Origin: Planctomycetota bacterium | Lineage (GTDB): Bacteria; Planctomycetota; PLA2; JAEUHO01 | Length of the DNA stretch: 64,000 nucleotides | NCBI GenBank assembly: GCA_965223505.1 | Contig: CBDCWP010000031.1 | Location: forward strand, 90,400 to 154,399 | Direction: 5' to 3' | In this document: piece by piece, positions 20,767-30,600 of the stretch | Layout of the letters: each line of letters begins with the position of its first letter | Numbering within the stretch: position 1 is the stretch's first letter | The notes under the pieces: model-generated | What the model saw: only the letters and a program-made list of their open reading frames with translations | Told to the model about the DNA's origin: nothing | Databases searched by the model: none | Made by a program: the position numbers and the translations under genes

Positions 20767-22095
20767 CTACGTACCCTGCGTGTACTGGATCCAGACCGCT
20801 GCGGTCTGCACCTCGTCGCCCTGATGGCCCGTAACGATGGCCTTGCCGATCGGCAACAGCCAGCGGCCCTCGCGCAGCTCCGTGTTCTTGTCGATCAACC
20901 GCAGCTCCGGCAGCTCGATCGTCACTGTCGGACCGGCGCCGAGGTCCGTCTCGAAGTCCGGCATCGTGTACGGCCAGGCCCAGCGTACGTGCAGCGTCGT
21001 GCCGTCTTCGCCCCGTTCGAGCCGGGCGTCGCGTCCCGACAGGATCGTCCCGATGACCGGGTCGGCCACGGTTGGCCAGCCCTTCGGAAGCGGCGCGTCG
21101 CGCTCGTGACCGTCGGGAACGATCACGTCGTAGTCCTGGACGTACGACGTCTGGAGCAGCGACGCGATACGCGCGCCGCTCACCGCGGCCGAGGTGAGCT
21201 CCAGGCGACCGAAGTGGCGCGCGCGTCGACGGATGAGCTCGCGGGCCGCCTGCTCGGTCATCAGCGTGCTCGGCAACGCGGCGTCCACCATCACGAAGTC
21301 CAGGACGACCGCCGCGTTGCCGCTCGTCGCGTTCGCGGCCTCGGCGACCATCGCGCGCAGGTCGACGTCGGTGGTATCCAGACCCCAAGCCCTTTCGGCG
21401 TCGACGGAGAGAGGTTCGGGCGCGGCGGGGGCCCGCTCGGCCGTGACCCCGGGCAGCGCCACCTGCGTCACGTCGCCGACGGCCGTCACCGACGCCGTGA
21501 GCTCGATGCGTCCGGAGCCGTCGGGCGCGGGGAGCCTTGCAAGTGTCAGCGTCGAGCCGATCTCGACCTTGCGAACACCACTGGATCGTCCCAGGTCCAG
21601 CTTGGGTAGCTGGACCTTCCCGGGTGCGCCGCCGCGCGTGAAGCGCACGGTCTTCTTGCGAATGGGCGTTCGCAGGTCGGCCGCGGTCGCGTCGAACCCG
21701 ACCCACGCGGAGGACGCATCGCCTTCGACGGGGACGACCAGCAGGTCGAGCGTCACGCCGTCCTGGAGGATGCCGATGATCGGGTCCACGACCCACGAAC
21801 CTTCGCTGACCTCCGCGTCGTAGTCCTGCACGAAGGAGAGTTGATTCAGCACCGTGACCTGCGAGAGCTGCCCCGGCTGTACGCCGATCTTCGGCGCGGT
21901 GAGCACGCGGGGCCGGCCGCTGCGCACGACGCGAAAGCGCGTCTCGACGACGTAGTGGGGCCCGTCCATCCCGTCGAGCTGCACAGCGGGAACGCGGACC
22001 TCGTTGTCGAGGAGATTCGGCGCACGGCGGCGCGGGCTGCGCGCGCACGCGATCAAGGCGACGGAGAGAACGGCTAGACAAGTGGTCAATCGCAT
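20767..22095 (-). CDS. Putative lipoprotein with two secretin (GspD/PilQ)-like beta segments
   Basis: LIAC lipobox-like; APKIGVQPGQ...NQLSFVQDYDAEV...DPIIGILQDGVTLD and a second copy QTSYVQDYDV...DPVIGTILSG. Confidence 0.6.
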   Translation of the reverse strand: MRLTTCLAVLSVALIACARSPRRRAPNLLDNEVRVPAVQLDGMDGPHYVVETRFRVVRSGRPRVLTAPKIGVQPGQLSQVTVLNQLSFVQDYDAEVSEGSWVVDPIIGILQDGVTLDLLVVPVEGDASSAWVGFDATAADLRTPIRKKTVRFTRGGAPGKVQLPKLDLGRSSGVRKVEIGSTLTLARLPAPDGSGRIELTASVTAVGDVTQVALPGVTAERAPAAPEPLSVDAERAWGLDTTDVDLRAMVAEAANATSGNAAVVLDFVMVDAALPSTLMTEQAARELIRRRARHFGRLELTSAAVSGARIASLLQTSYVQDYDVIVPDGHERDAPLPKGWPTVADPVIGTILSGRDARLERGEDGTTLHVRWAWPYTMPDFETDLGAGPTVTIELPELRLIDKNTELREGRWLLPIGKAIVTGHQGDEVQTAAVWIQYTQGT

Positions 22096-22290
22096 GGCCC
22101 CAGCTTGGCCGGCGGCCGCCATGCAGCGGTCACTCCACCGTCATTCGGTCGTAACCTCCCTCAGGACCTTGGGCTGCGCGGCGCGAGCGAGTTCGATCAC
22201 GGCGCCGCGTTGCGGCGTGGACGAACTTGCACTCGGGTCGGCCCCGGAAGTCTGGTACGACGGGGGCCCCCGGCCGGATCGGAGAGGTCC

Positions 22291-22779
22291 TTGTCCGCCG
22301 TCCTCATCGCCCTCGCCATCGCCGCGCTGCTCGTCGGGTTCCTCGGTTGCATCGTTCCCGTGCTGCCGGGGCCGCCCATCAGCTTCGTGGCCGTGCTGCT
22401 CGTCTGGGGGGCGCAAGGCTGGGACGCCGAGACGTTCGGTGCCGCGACCGTGGTCGTGCTCGCGGCCGCGACGATCATCGTGACCATCCTGGATTTCGTC
22501 GTGCCCATCTGGGGCGCGAAGAAATACGGGGCGTCGAGCGCGGGCATCTGGATGTCGGTGCTCGGCATGCTCCTCGGCATCTTCTTCTTCCCGCCGTTCG
22601 GCATGGTGCTCGGCGCGTTCTTCGGCGCGCTCGCCGGCGAGTACATGGCGGGCAAGGGCGACGGCGACGCGTGGAGAGCCGCGTGGGGCGTCTTCGTCGG
22701 AACGATGCTGGGCGTCTTCCTGAAGCTCGTCGTCTCCGGCGTCATCACCTTCTACACGGTCCGGGAGCTCTTTGCATAG
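22291..22779 (+). CDS. DUF456 (YqgC-like) membrane protein
   Basis: GCIVPVLPGPP...GAKKYGAS...PFGMVLGAFFGALAGE; GGAGAGG RBS before TTG. Confidence 0.85.
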   Translation: MSAVLIALAIAALLVGFLGCIVPVLPGPPISFVAVLLVWGAQGWDAETFGAATVVVLAAATIIVTILDFVVPIWGAKKYGASSAGIWMSVLGMLLGIFFFPPFGMVLGAFFGALAGEYMAGKGDGDAWRAAWGVFVGTMLGVFLKLVVSGVITFYTVRELFA

Positions 22780-22828
22780 CGGGTACGCGAGCGGGGCTAC
22801 ACTTCGCTCGTTGCCGCGGAGGTGTTTC

Positions 22829-24340
22829 GTGCCGCGATTCGTCGCCTATCCGATCATCGCGACGCTGCTTGCGTTCGCGTGCCCGATGCTCGCGCTGGAC
22901 ACGAGCGCGGAAGAGTCGCAGCGCATCACGTCGAAGGAACGCAAGCAGCGTCTCTCGAAGCTGCGCACGGTCTCCAACAAGTGGTACTTCGAGCGCAAGC
23001 GCTTTCCGATCGAGTGCCCGCGCTGCAAAGGCACCGGCACCGAGACGATCGTCGGTCGCGGCGTGCGGCGGATCAAATGCCGTCAGTGCGACGGCCGGAA
23101 GCTGTGGATCGGGAACAAGTCGTATCGCAAGGTCTACTACGAGATGAAGTCTCCCGCGTTTCAGGCCTTGCCCGGCATCAAAGACACGCTCACGAAGCAG
23201 TTCATCGCCGCGCGCCGGGGCCGGCCGTGGCCGAGCCGATTCAAGCGCTACCGCTTCAAGGGCACGGAGCTGGTGGACGACACGCACGGCATCGCGCGTT
23301 GGGTGCTCGGACACAACAAGCGTCCCACCGAGAGCAAGTGGATCTGGGTGCCGAACGAGCCGGGCGGCAAGAAGGGCCAGTGGTACCTCTACGACCCGCG
23401 CGCCGACGGCCCCTGGCCCGAGCGGTCCCTCGCGCCCGAGCCGCTGCCCGTGTGGCAAGACGTGTCGCAGGACGAGCACAAGGTGCTGCGCGCGGCGATC
23501 GGCAACGCGCGGCTCACCTTCACGTCGTTCGAGTACGCGAGACAGGGCGGCCGCATCCTCGTGCGCTTGAGCGCGACCGAGGACGCCGACGGACGCCCTC
23601 CGGTCGAGCGCGTCGGACCCGACGCCATTCGCCTCGCGCGCTGGGTGCTGACGGCCGACACGCAGTGGCAGGCGCTGCGCTGCGAGTGGCACATTCCGTG
23701 GAAGAACATGAGCGGTCTGATCGAGCTGAAGCCAGCCTGGATCTCGGAGATCACCCGCGAGCGGTTCGAAGAGACGAACTGGCACGCGCTCGACCGCCGC
23801 GCACAGATCGAGCGGTTCCAGTGGCAGAACATTCGTCACGAAGGCTGGGCGCCGTGTCTCGCGGATCCCGAACCGAAGCCCGAGCCCGAGCCCGAGCCGC
23901 AACCGGAAGCCCGACCCGAGCCCGAGCAACGACCCGAGCCGGAGCCGCGACCCGAGCCCGAGTCGCAGCCCTTCGTCGCGCCCCCGCCGATCGAACCGGA
24001 GAGCGGCGGCGCGGTGCCCGAGCTCTCGAGGTCGCAGCGCAAGAACGCGGAGCAAGCGATCGCGCGGATGCGGGCGCTGTTTCAGGAGGCCACGGACCTC
24101 TACAACGAGAGCGTGCAGGCCAAGCAGGCCGGTGTCCTCGACCTGTGGCAGGAGAAGATGGCCGAGGCACGCTCGCGGATGGGGGAGCTCACCGACGTCT
24201 GGAACGACGAGATCGTCCTGAAGATGCCCCACAACTGGGACTGGGACGAGGACCAGGTCGCCGACCACTACTTCGGCGAGATCTGGAACGACGTCAACAA
24301 GCTCAAGGCGATTCTGCGCAAGACCGGGCACGCCCGGTAG
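22829..24340 (+). CDS. Exported hypothetical protein with CxxCxGxG zinc-finger-like motifs and a PE-rich linker
   Basis: Signal peptide; CPRCKGTG...CRQCDG; (PE)n linker; GGAGG RBS. Confidence 0.7.
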   Translation: MPRFVAYPIIATLLAFACPMLALDTSAEESQRITSKERKQRLSKLRTVSNKWYFERKRFPIECPRCKGTGTETIVGRGVRRIKCRQCDGRKLWIGNKSYRKVYYEMKSPAFQALPGIKDTLTKQFIAARRGRPWPSRFKRYRFKGTELVDDTHGIARWVLGHNKRPTESKWIWVPNEPGGKKGQWYLYDPRADGPWPERSLAPEPLPVWQDVSQDEHKVLRAAIGNARLTFTSFEYARQGGRILVRLSATEDADGRPPVERVGPDAIRLARWVLTADTQWQALRCEWHIPWKNMSGLIELKPAWISEITRERFEETNWHALDRRAQIERFQWQNIRHEGWAPCLADPEPKPEPEPEPQPEARPEPEQRPEPEPRPEPESQPFVAPPPIEPESGGAVPELSRSQRKNAEQAIARMRALFQEATDLYNESVQAKQAGVLDLWQEKMAEARSRMGELTDVWNDEIVLKMPHNWDWDEDQVADHYFGEIWNDVNKLKAILRKTGHAR

Positions 24341-24397
24341 ACGAGGGCGCCGAGGGCCACGGGCCAATCTGGCGGGGCGGCCGAATGCCCGTATTCT

Positions 24398-24416
24398 GAT
24401 CTTGAGAATCGTTCTC
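24398..24416 (+). promoter_or_regulatory. Fur-box-like operator upstream of feoAB
   Basis: GATCTTGAGAATCGTTCTC matches 14/19 of GATAATGATAATCATTATC; AT-rich island 14 nt before the feoA ATG. Confidence 0.7.
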
Positions 24417-24430
24417 GATTTGGACGCGGC

Positions 24431-24691
24431 ATGAGCGAGCCCAACGGCACCCCCCTCGACGGCGAACGGACCATCGACGACCTCGGCGCGGGCGATGCCT
24501 GCCACGTCGTCTCCATCCAGCGCGGCACGGGCATGCGCCGGCGGCTGATGGAGCTGGGGTTCATTCCCGGCACGCCGTTGCGCCTCGTGCGCCGGGCGCC
24601 GCTCGGCGACCCGATCGAAGTGGAACTGCACGGCGCCCACGTCTCCATGCGTCGCGCAGAAGCGCGCACGGTGATCGTCCGTGGCGCCTGA
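24431..24691 (+). CDS. feoA: Ferrous iron transport protein A
   Basis: RRLMELGFIPG...APLGDPIEV...SMRRAEA. Confidence 0.95.
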   Translation: MSEPNGTPLDGERTIDDLGAGDACHVVSIQRGTGMRRRLMELGFIPGTPLRLVRRAPLGDPIEVELHGAHVSMRRAEARTVIVRGA

Positions 24692-26810
24692 GATCGCGGC
24701 ACACACCCTCAACGTCGCGCTGGCGGGCAATCCCAACAGCGGGAAGACGTCCGTCTTCAACGCGTTGACCGGTCTGCGGCACAAGGTCGGCAACTATCCA
24801 GGCGTCACGGTCGAGCACGTCGTCGGGTCGTTCCAGCTCGACGGGCGGGACGCGCTCGTCACGGACCTGCCCGGCGCGTACAGCCTCTCGGCGCGCTCGG
24901 AGGACGAGCGCATCGCGCGGGACGTCTTGCTCGGTCACGAGCCCGGCGTCGCGCGGCCGGACATCCTCGTGATCGTCGTCGACGCGTCCACGCTCGTCCG
25001 CAACCTCTACTTCACGACGCAGCTCTTGGAGACCGGTGTTCCGACGGTCGTCGCGTTGAACATGATCGACGTCGCGGAGAAGGCCGGCCGGCCGGTCGAC
25101 GCGCCCGCGCTGGAAGCCGCGCTCGGCGTTCCCGTCGTGCCGGTCATCGCGCGGACCGGGGAGGGCATCGACGACCTGCGCGCCGCGCTGCCGAACGCGC
25201 GCGTCGCGTCGCAGCACATGCAGCTTCCCGACGCGGCGGACGCGGCGATGGACGCCGTCGTCACCGTGCTCGCGTCGGCGGCCATCGTTCCCGGCGGATC
25301 GGAGCGCAGCGAAGCGCTGCGACTCCTGACCGACGCCGACCTCGACGACCCGATCATCGAGCAGGGCGGCGCGCCGCTTCGCGACGCGGTCGTCGCGGGC
25401 CGCGACGCAATGGAAGCGGCCGGCCTCGATCGGGAGGCGCTGGAGGCCGAGCACCGCTATGCGTTCTGCATGGCGGCGGCCAAGGACGTGCTCACCAAGC
25501 CGGTGCAGGAAGGGCCCGGCGCGTCGGAGCGCGCCGACCGCGTTCTCACGCATCCCGTGCTCGGTCCGGTCATCTTCCTCGTGCTCATGGCGCTGATCTT
25601 CCAGGCGGTCTACGAGTGGGCAGGTCCGTTCATGGACCTCATCGAAGAGGGTGTGGGATTGGTCAGCGGCTGGGTCGCCGGCGCGCTCGGCCCCGGCATG
25701 CTCACCGACCTGCTGGTGGGCGGCGTCATCACGGGCATCGGCAACGTCATCATCTTCCTGCCGCAGATCTGCATCCTCTTCCTGCTGTTGACGATTCTCG
25801 AAGACCTCGGGTACCTGGCGCGCGCCGCGTTCCTCATCGATCGTCTGATGAAGGGGTTCGGCTTGCAGGGCAAGGCCTTCGTGCCGCTGATGTCGTCGTT
25901 CGCCTGTGCGATCCCCGGCATCATGGCGGCGCGAACGATCGAGAGTCGGCGCGACCGCATGGTCACGATCCTCGTCGCGCCGTTGATGTCGTGTAGCGCG
26001 CGGTTGCCGGTCTACGCCTTGATGATCGGCGCGTTCATTCCGCCCGCGTATCAGGGTCTGACGCTGCTGGGCATGTACTTGCTCTCGATCGGCGTGGCGC
26101 TCGTCGCCGCGTGGGTCCTACGGAAGACGATGTTCCGCGGCGAGTCGTCGTCGTTCCTGCTCGAGCTGCCGAGCTACAAGCTGCCGACGATCGGTAGCGT
26201 CCTGCGCACCGTCTGGATGCGCGGCAAGGTCTTCGTCAAGGAAGCGGGGACGATCATCCTCGCCATCTCGATCATCCTGTGGGTGCTCGCCTACTTCCCG
26301 CGCAACGAGGCGATCGCCGTCCAGGCCGACATGCGGATCGCGGCCGGAGAGCCGGAGGAAGAAGTCGAGCTCTGGCGGCAGGCCGCACAGAGCGAACAGA
26401 GCTACGCCGGGCGGATGGGCAAGGCGATCGAGCCCGTGATCGAGCCGCTCGGCTTCGACTGGAAGATCGGTGTCGGCCTCGTCGCGTCCTTCGCCGCGCG
26501 GGAGGTGCTCGTCTCGAGCCTCGGCATCGTCTACGGCGTAGGCGAAGCCGACGAGGAGTCGATCCCGCTGCGCGAGCGATTACAGGCCGACACGAAGCCG
26601 GACGGGAGTCCGTCGTTCACGTGGCTCACGGCTTTGTCGTTGATGGTCTTCTTCGTGCTCGCGAGCCAGTGCATGTCGACGCTGGCGATCGTCAAGCGCG
26701 AGACCAACTCGTGGAGGTGGCCGATCTTCATGTTCACGTACATGACGATCCTGGCCTACGTCGGGAGTCTCATCGTATATCAGGGCGGCCGTGCCCTAGG
26801 ATGGGGCTAG
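24681..26810 (+). CDS. feoB: Ferrous iron transport protein B
   Basis: GNPNSGKT, VGNYPGVTVE, DLPGAYSL, LNMID, multi-TM with MSCSARLPVY. Confidence 0.97.
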   Translation: MAPEIAAHTLNVALAGNPNSGKTSVFNALTGLRHKVGNYPGVTVEHVVGSFQLDGRDALVTDLPGAYSLSARSEDERIARDVLLGHEPGVARPDILVIVVDASTLVRNLYFTTQLLETGVPTVVALNMIDVAEKAGRPVDAPALEAALGVPVVPVIARTGEGIDDLRAALPNARVASQHMQLPDAADAAMDAVVTVLASAAIVPGGSERSEALRLLTDADLDDPIIEQGGAPLRDAVVAGRDAMEAAGLDREALEAEHRYAFCMAAAKDVLTKPVQEGPGASERADRVLTHPVLGPVIFLVLMALIFQAVYEWAGPFMDLIEEGVGLVSGWVAGALGPGMLTDLLVGGVITGIGNVIIFLPQICILFLLLTILEDLGYLARAAFLIDRLMKGFGLQGKAFVPLMSSFACAIPGIMAARTIESRRDRMVTILVAPLMSCSARLPVYALMIGAFIPPAYQGLTLLGMYLLSIGVALVAAWVLRKTMFRGESSSFLLELPSYKLPTIGSVLRTVWMRGKVFVKEAGTIILAISIILWVLAYFPRNEAIAVQADMRIAAGEPEEEVELWRQAAQSEQSYAGRMGKAIEPVIEPLGFDWKIGVGLVASFAAREVLVSSLGIVYGVGEADEESIPLRERLQADTKPDGSPSFTWLTALSLMVFFVLASQCMSTLAIVKRETNSWRWPIFMFTYMTILAYVGSLIVYQGGRALGWG

Positions 26811-26845
26811 GGCGTGATCTCGATGATCCCACGAGGGGAACGAGC

Positions 26846-26995
26846 GTGACCATCCAGGAAGTCCTCGTGTTCGGACTCGTCGCCGCGGCGGTGCTGTACG
26901 TCGGCTACCGTTTCTGGCGTCGGCGCACGAACTGCTGCGGCGAGAAGGAGTGCCCGGCAGCCAAGCGCATGGTGGACAACATCTCACGCTCCTGA
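26846..26995 (+). CDS. Small FeoB-associated Cys-rich membrane protein (49 aa)
   Basis: GAGGGG RBS, TM helix, then CCGEKEC; directly downstream of feoB. Confidence 0.7.
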   Translation: MTIQEVLVFGLVAAAVLYVGYRFWRRRTNCCGEKECPAAKRMVDNISRS

Positions 26996-27054
26996 TTTCC
27001 CGCGGACGCCCGCGTAGAATCCCGCCCTCTCTCTCTCCCGGGGGGTGTATTCGG

Positions 27055-29188
27055 ATGCGACGTTCGATGCGAAGTGCCGTTGGTCTCCTCTGCCTGGCCG
27101 TCCTGTGCGCGATGGGCGCCGCGCCCGTCCATGCGGAAGAGGTGGATCCCGCCTTCGGTTGGCCGCTCGCGGCATGGAAGCAGCAGCGCAAGCTGGAGGA
27201 ATCGCTGCTGTCCGGCCCGCCGGCCGCCGCGCTGCGAACGTGGCACGACCGGTTCTGCGCGCGCCCGCATCCCGCCGGCACCAAGCAGGACCAGTGGATG
27301 ATCAACGAGCTCGAAGGGGCGTTCGAAGACATCGGCGTGAAGGTCGAGCGGCACGACTTCTGGCCGTACCTGCCGCAGTTCGTCAGCGCCGAGGCGCTGG
27401 CCGTCGACGACGGCACGCCGATCGCGCTGCGCATCAAGGAAGCGCCGCTACCGGAGGACGAGTACACGACCCACCCGGAGCTGTTGCCCGGCTGGAACGG
27501 CTACAGCGGCTCCGGAGACGTGATGGGTGAGGTCGTCTACGCCAACTACGGAACGAAGGCGGACTTCGAGCAGCTCGCGAAGCTCGGTGTCTCTTGCGCC
27601 GGCAAGGTCGTCATCGCGCGCTACGGCAAGAACTACCGCGGCTACAAGGCCAAGTTCGCGGAAGCCGCAGGCGCGATCGGCCTCGTCATGTACACGGACC
27701 CGGCCGACAGCGGGTGGGGGCGCGGGATCATGTATCCCGAGGGCGGCTGGGCGCACGAGTCGTCGATTCAGCGCGGCTCGATCAAGACGCTCGCGTATCC
27801 CGGCGACCCGCTCACCCCGTTCGAGCCGGCCACCAAGGACGCGAAGCGGCTCGATCCGGACGGCGTGCCGCTGCCCCGGATTCCCGTGCAGCCGATGGGG
27901 TGGCGCGCCGCGCAGGAAATCATCGGGCGCATGCGCGGCGAGGCGGTGCCGAAGGGCTGGCAAGGTGGACTGCCCTACGCCTATCGACTGACCGGCGGTT
28001 CGAAGCTGCAGGTGCGGTTGCGAATCGAGCAGAAGCGCGCCGTGACGCAGACATCGAACGTGCTCGGTGTCATTCGTGGCGCGAAGCACCCCGCGCAGAA
28101 GATCATCGTGGGCTGCCACTTCGACGCGTGGACGTTCGGCGCCGGTGATCCGCACGCCGGGACCATCGTGCTCTACGCGGTTGCCCAGGCGTTCGCGCAG
28201 GCGGCTCGCAGCGGGTCACCGCCCGACCGGACGTTGGTGTTCGCCAACTGGGGCGCGGAGGAGATGGGGATCATCGGCTCGACCGAGTGGTGCGAGGCGA
28301 ACCGTGACGACCTGCTGGCGAACGGCGTCGCCTACATCAACCTCGACATGGCGGCGATGGGGACGAAGTTTCGTTGCAGCGCCGATCCGTTGCTTCAGGA
28401 GGTCGTGACCGCGGCGACGATGCTCGTGACGCAGGCCGGCGCCGACAAGAGCGTTCACGCGGCGTGGACCGCGGACACGGGCGGCAAACCGAAGTTCGGG
28501 GTGCTCGGCGGCGGCTCCGACCACGTCGGCTTCGTTTGCCATCTCGGCATTCCGTCGATGGCCTTGGGCGCCGGCGGTTCGCAGGGGGTGTCGTACCACT
28601 CCGGACACGACAACCTCACGTGGTACCGCAAGGTCGTCGGCGACGACTACGCCGGCGCGCAGATGCTCGCGCAGGTGTGCAAGATCGTCGTCGCGCGCCT
28701 GGCCAACGCGCCGTTGATTCCCTACGGCCTCGGCGCCTACGGCGGCGCAGCCAACGAACACCTCGACGCGCTCGAGGCGCGCGCGAAGGAGCTCGAGTTC
28801 GCTGCGACGTTCCAGGACCTGCGTGAGGCGTTCGCGACCCACGCGTCATCGGGCGAGCGGGTGAAGACACTCTTGCGCGGCGCGGCGGGCCGGGGGGGAT
28901 CTGACCGACGAACAGCTGCAGGCCGTGAACAAGGAGCTCGTCTCGGTTCCGCGAGCGTGGCTCGACCGCAGCGGCCTGCCCGGCCGACCCTGGTATCGCA
29001 GTCTGTTTGCGGCGACCGACCCGAACTCCGGCTACGCGGCGTGGATGCTGCCACTGCTGCGGGAATGCGTCGAGCTGAAGCGCAACGCCATGTTGACGCA
29101 CAGCCGTGACCGCTACGGGACGGCGCTCTACCGACTCCAGAAGTCGATCGACGCGTTGTCCGCGCTGGTTCCCGCCGAGAACCGCTAG
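27055..29188 (+). CDS. M28 peptidase, glutamate carboxypeptidase II-like (PA + M28 + TfR-like dimerisation domains); frameshift in G7 run at 28892-28898
   Basis: Signal peptide; VVYANYG, HFDAWTFGAGDP, WGAEEMG, NLD, YHS; C-terminal GLPGRPWYRSL...SGYAA continues in the frame of ORF 28925..29188. Confidence 0.9.
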
Positions 29189-29206
29189 CGCGCGGTCGCC
29201 GTCTCC

Positions 29207-29506
29207 TCACCGCCGAATCGTCCTGCCAGCTCGCGCGTTCGCAGGATCGGTGACGTACAGATTCGCCATCGGCGGGCTCGCGTTCGCTCGCTCGATGGCG
29301 CCGAGCACGAAGGCGAGGTCCAGCTGCACGCCGTCGGAGCGAACCGACTCGTCGAAGACGTGTTCGAGCGCCTGGCGCGTCAGCACGCGCGCGGCGTCGA
29401 GCTCCGCCGGCTGGGGTTCGGCGTACGGGTCATGGCGGGTCCAGTCGGCGACCTGCGCGAGCCGGTTCGTCAGCGCTCCAACCCGTTCGTCCAGTCGCGC
29501 GCTCAT
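29207..29506 (-). CDS. Hypothetical protein (99 aa)
   Basis: Protein-like composition; fills the gap downstream of the co-oriented receiver gene. Confidence 0.5.
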   Translation of the reverse strand: MSARLDERVGALTNRLAQVADWTRHDPYAEPQPAELDAARVLTRQALEHVFDESVRSDGVQLDLAFVLGAIERANASPPMANLYVTDPANARAGRTIRR

Positions 29507-29585
29507 GACGCTTCCATCTCCCCGCCAAAAGAGCGGTCTTACGAAGTGGGACGGATCGCCAGGGGGCGCGGCGTTTCCCGGATCC

Positions 29586-29981
29586 TCACGCCGACGGGCC
29601 GACGACGCTGCGAATCGCGTCGACGAGGTTGTCAGGCCGAAACGGCTTCATGAGGAACGCGGTCGGATGCGCGTCCGGTAGGCGAGCGCGCGTCTCCTGT
29701 TCGTTCCACCCCGTCGTCAGGATCACTCGCACGCCCCGGTCCATGTCCCGCAGCTTGCGCAGAACGACGTCGCCCGACATCTCCGGCATCGTGACGTCGA
29801 GCAGCACCGCGCCGATGCGATCGCCGCTCTCGCGGAAGATGTCCAACGCGCTGGGACCGTCGGGCGCCGCCAGCACCTGATACCCCGCGTTTTCCAGCAT
29901 CATCGTCACGACGGTGCGCACCGACGCGTTGTCATCGACAACGAGCACCGTGTCTTCAACGTGTCCTTTCGACGCAGCCAC
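29586..29981 (-). CDS. Single-domain response regulator (receiver)
   Basis: VLVVDD, LLDVTMPEMSG, ILTTG, FLMKPF. Confidence 0.93.
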   Translation of the reverse strand: MAASKGHVEDTVLVVDDNASVRTVVTMMLENAGYQVLAAPDGPSALDIFRESGDRIGAVLLDVTMPEMSGDVVLRKLRDMDRGVRVILTTGWNEQETRARLPDAHPTAFLMKPFRPDNLVDAIRSVVGPSA

Positions 29982-30065
29982 CGCATACCCCCCCCCGATG
30001 CACGACGACCTTGCGTAGTCTAGTTCAACCGAAGACAGGGCGACGTCATTGCGGAATCTCGAAAT

Positions 30066-30482
30066 TCAATCGTCGAGGGGCAGCGGTGCGGGCGTGAATC
30101 CGTCGTCGTAATGAATGAGCGGCGGCGCACCCGGGGCGTCCGCGGTCAGGTCGGCGCCGTTCGCGACGCGTCGTCCGTGCTCGATCCAGGGCTGAAGCTC
30201 CGACCAGAGCCGGTCCCAACGGACGTGGTCGGTATCGCCGTCGTAGTCGCGCACCTTCTCCGTGGCCTGGGCCATGAGCTTGGCGAACCCGCTCGCGTGA
30301 AACCCGCGCGAGAGATGCACGAACGCGGCCGCGTACTGGATGAGCCCCTGGATCCAGAGCCGGTTCGCGCCCTCGCTTTCGTGCCAGATCTCCTCCCAGT
30401 CCTCGTGGGCTTCGTAGAACCGCCGGGCGTTGAAGTACGCCACGGCACGATCGAACCGCCCCCGCCGTTCCTCCGCGCTCAT
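30066..30482 (-). CDS. DUF309 domain protein (alternative start GTG 30503)
   Basis: FNARRFYEAHEDWEEIW...QGLIQYAAAFVH. Confidence 0.85.
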   Translation of the reverse strand: MSAEERRGRFDRAVAYFNARRFYEAHEDWEEIWHESEGANRLWIQGLIQYAAAFVHLSRGFHASGFAKLMAQATEKVRDYDGDTDHVRWDRLWSELQPWIEHGRRVANGADLTADAPGAPPLIHYDDGFTPAPLPLDD

Positions 30483-30600
30483 GAAGTCGTCGTCGGTGAC
30501 CACGACGGGAGTGTGCCACACCCGGGCGTCCGTCACCCGAACCGAACCCTCGTTGCTATCCTGCGTTGCATTCCCCGGACCCCACCTCAGGAGTCGATCC

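Noticed and set aside
23866..23962. Tandem CCCGAG repeats
   Set aside because: Simply encode the Pro-Glu linker of the exported protein.
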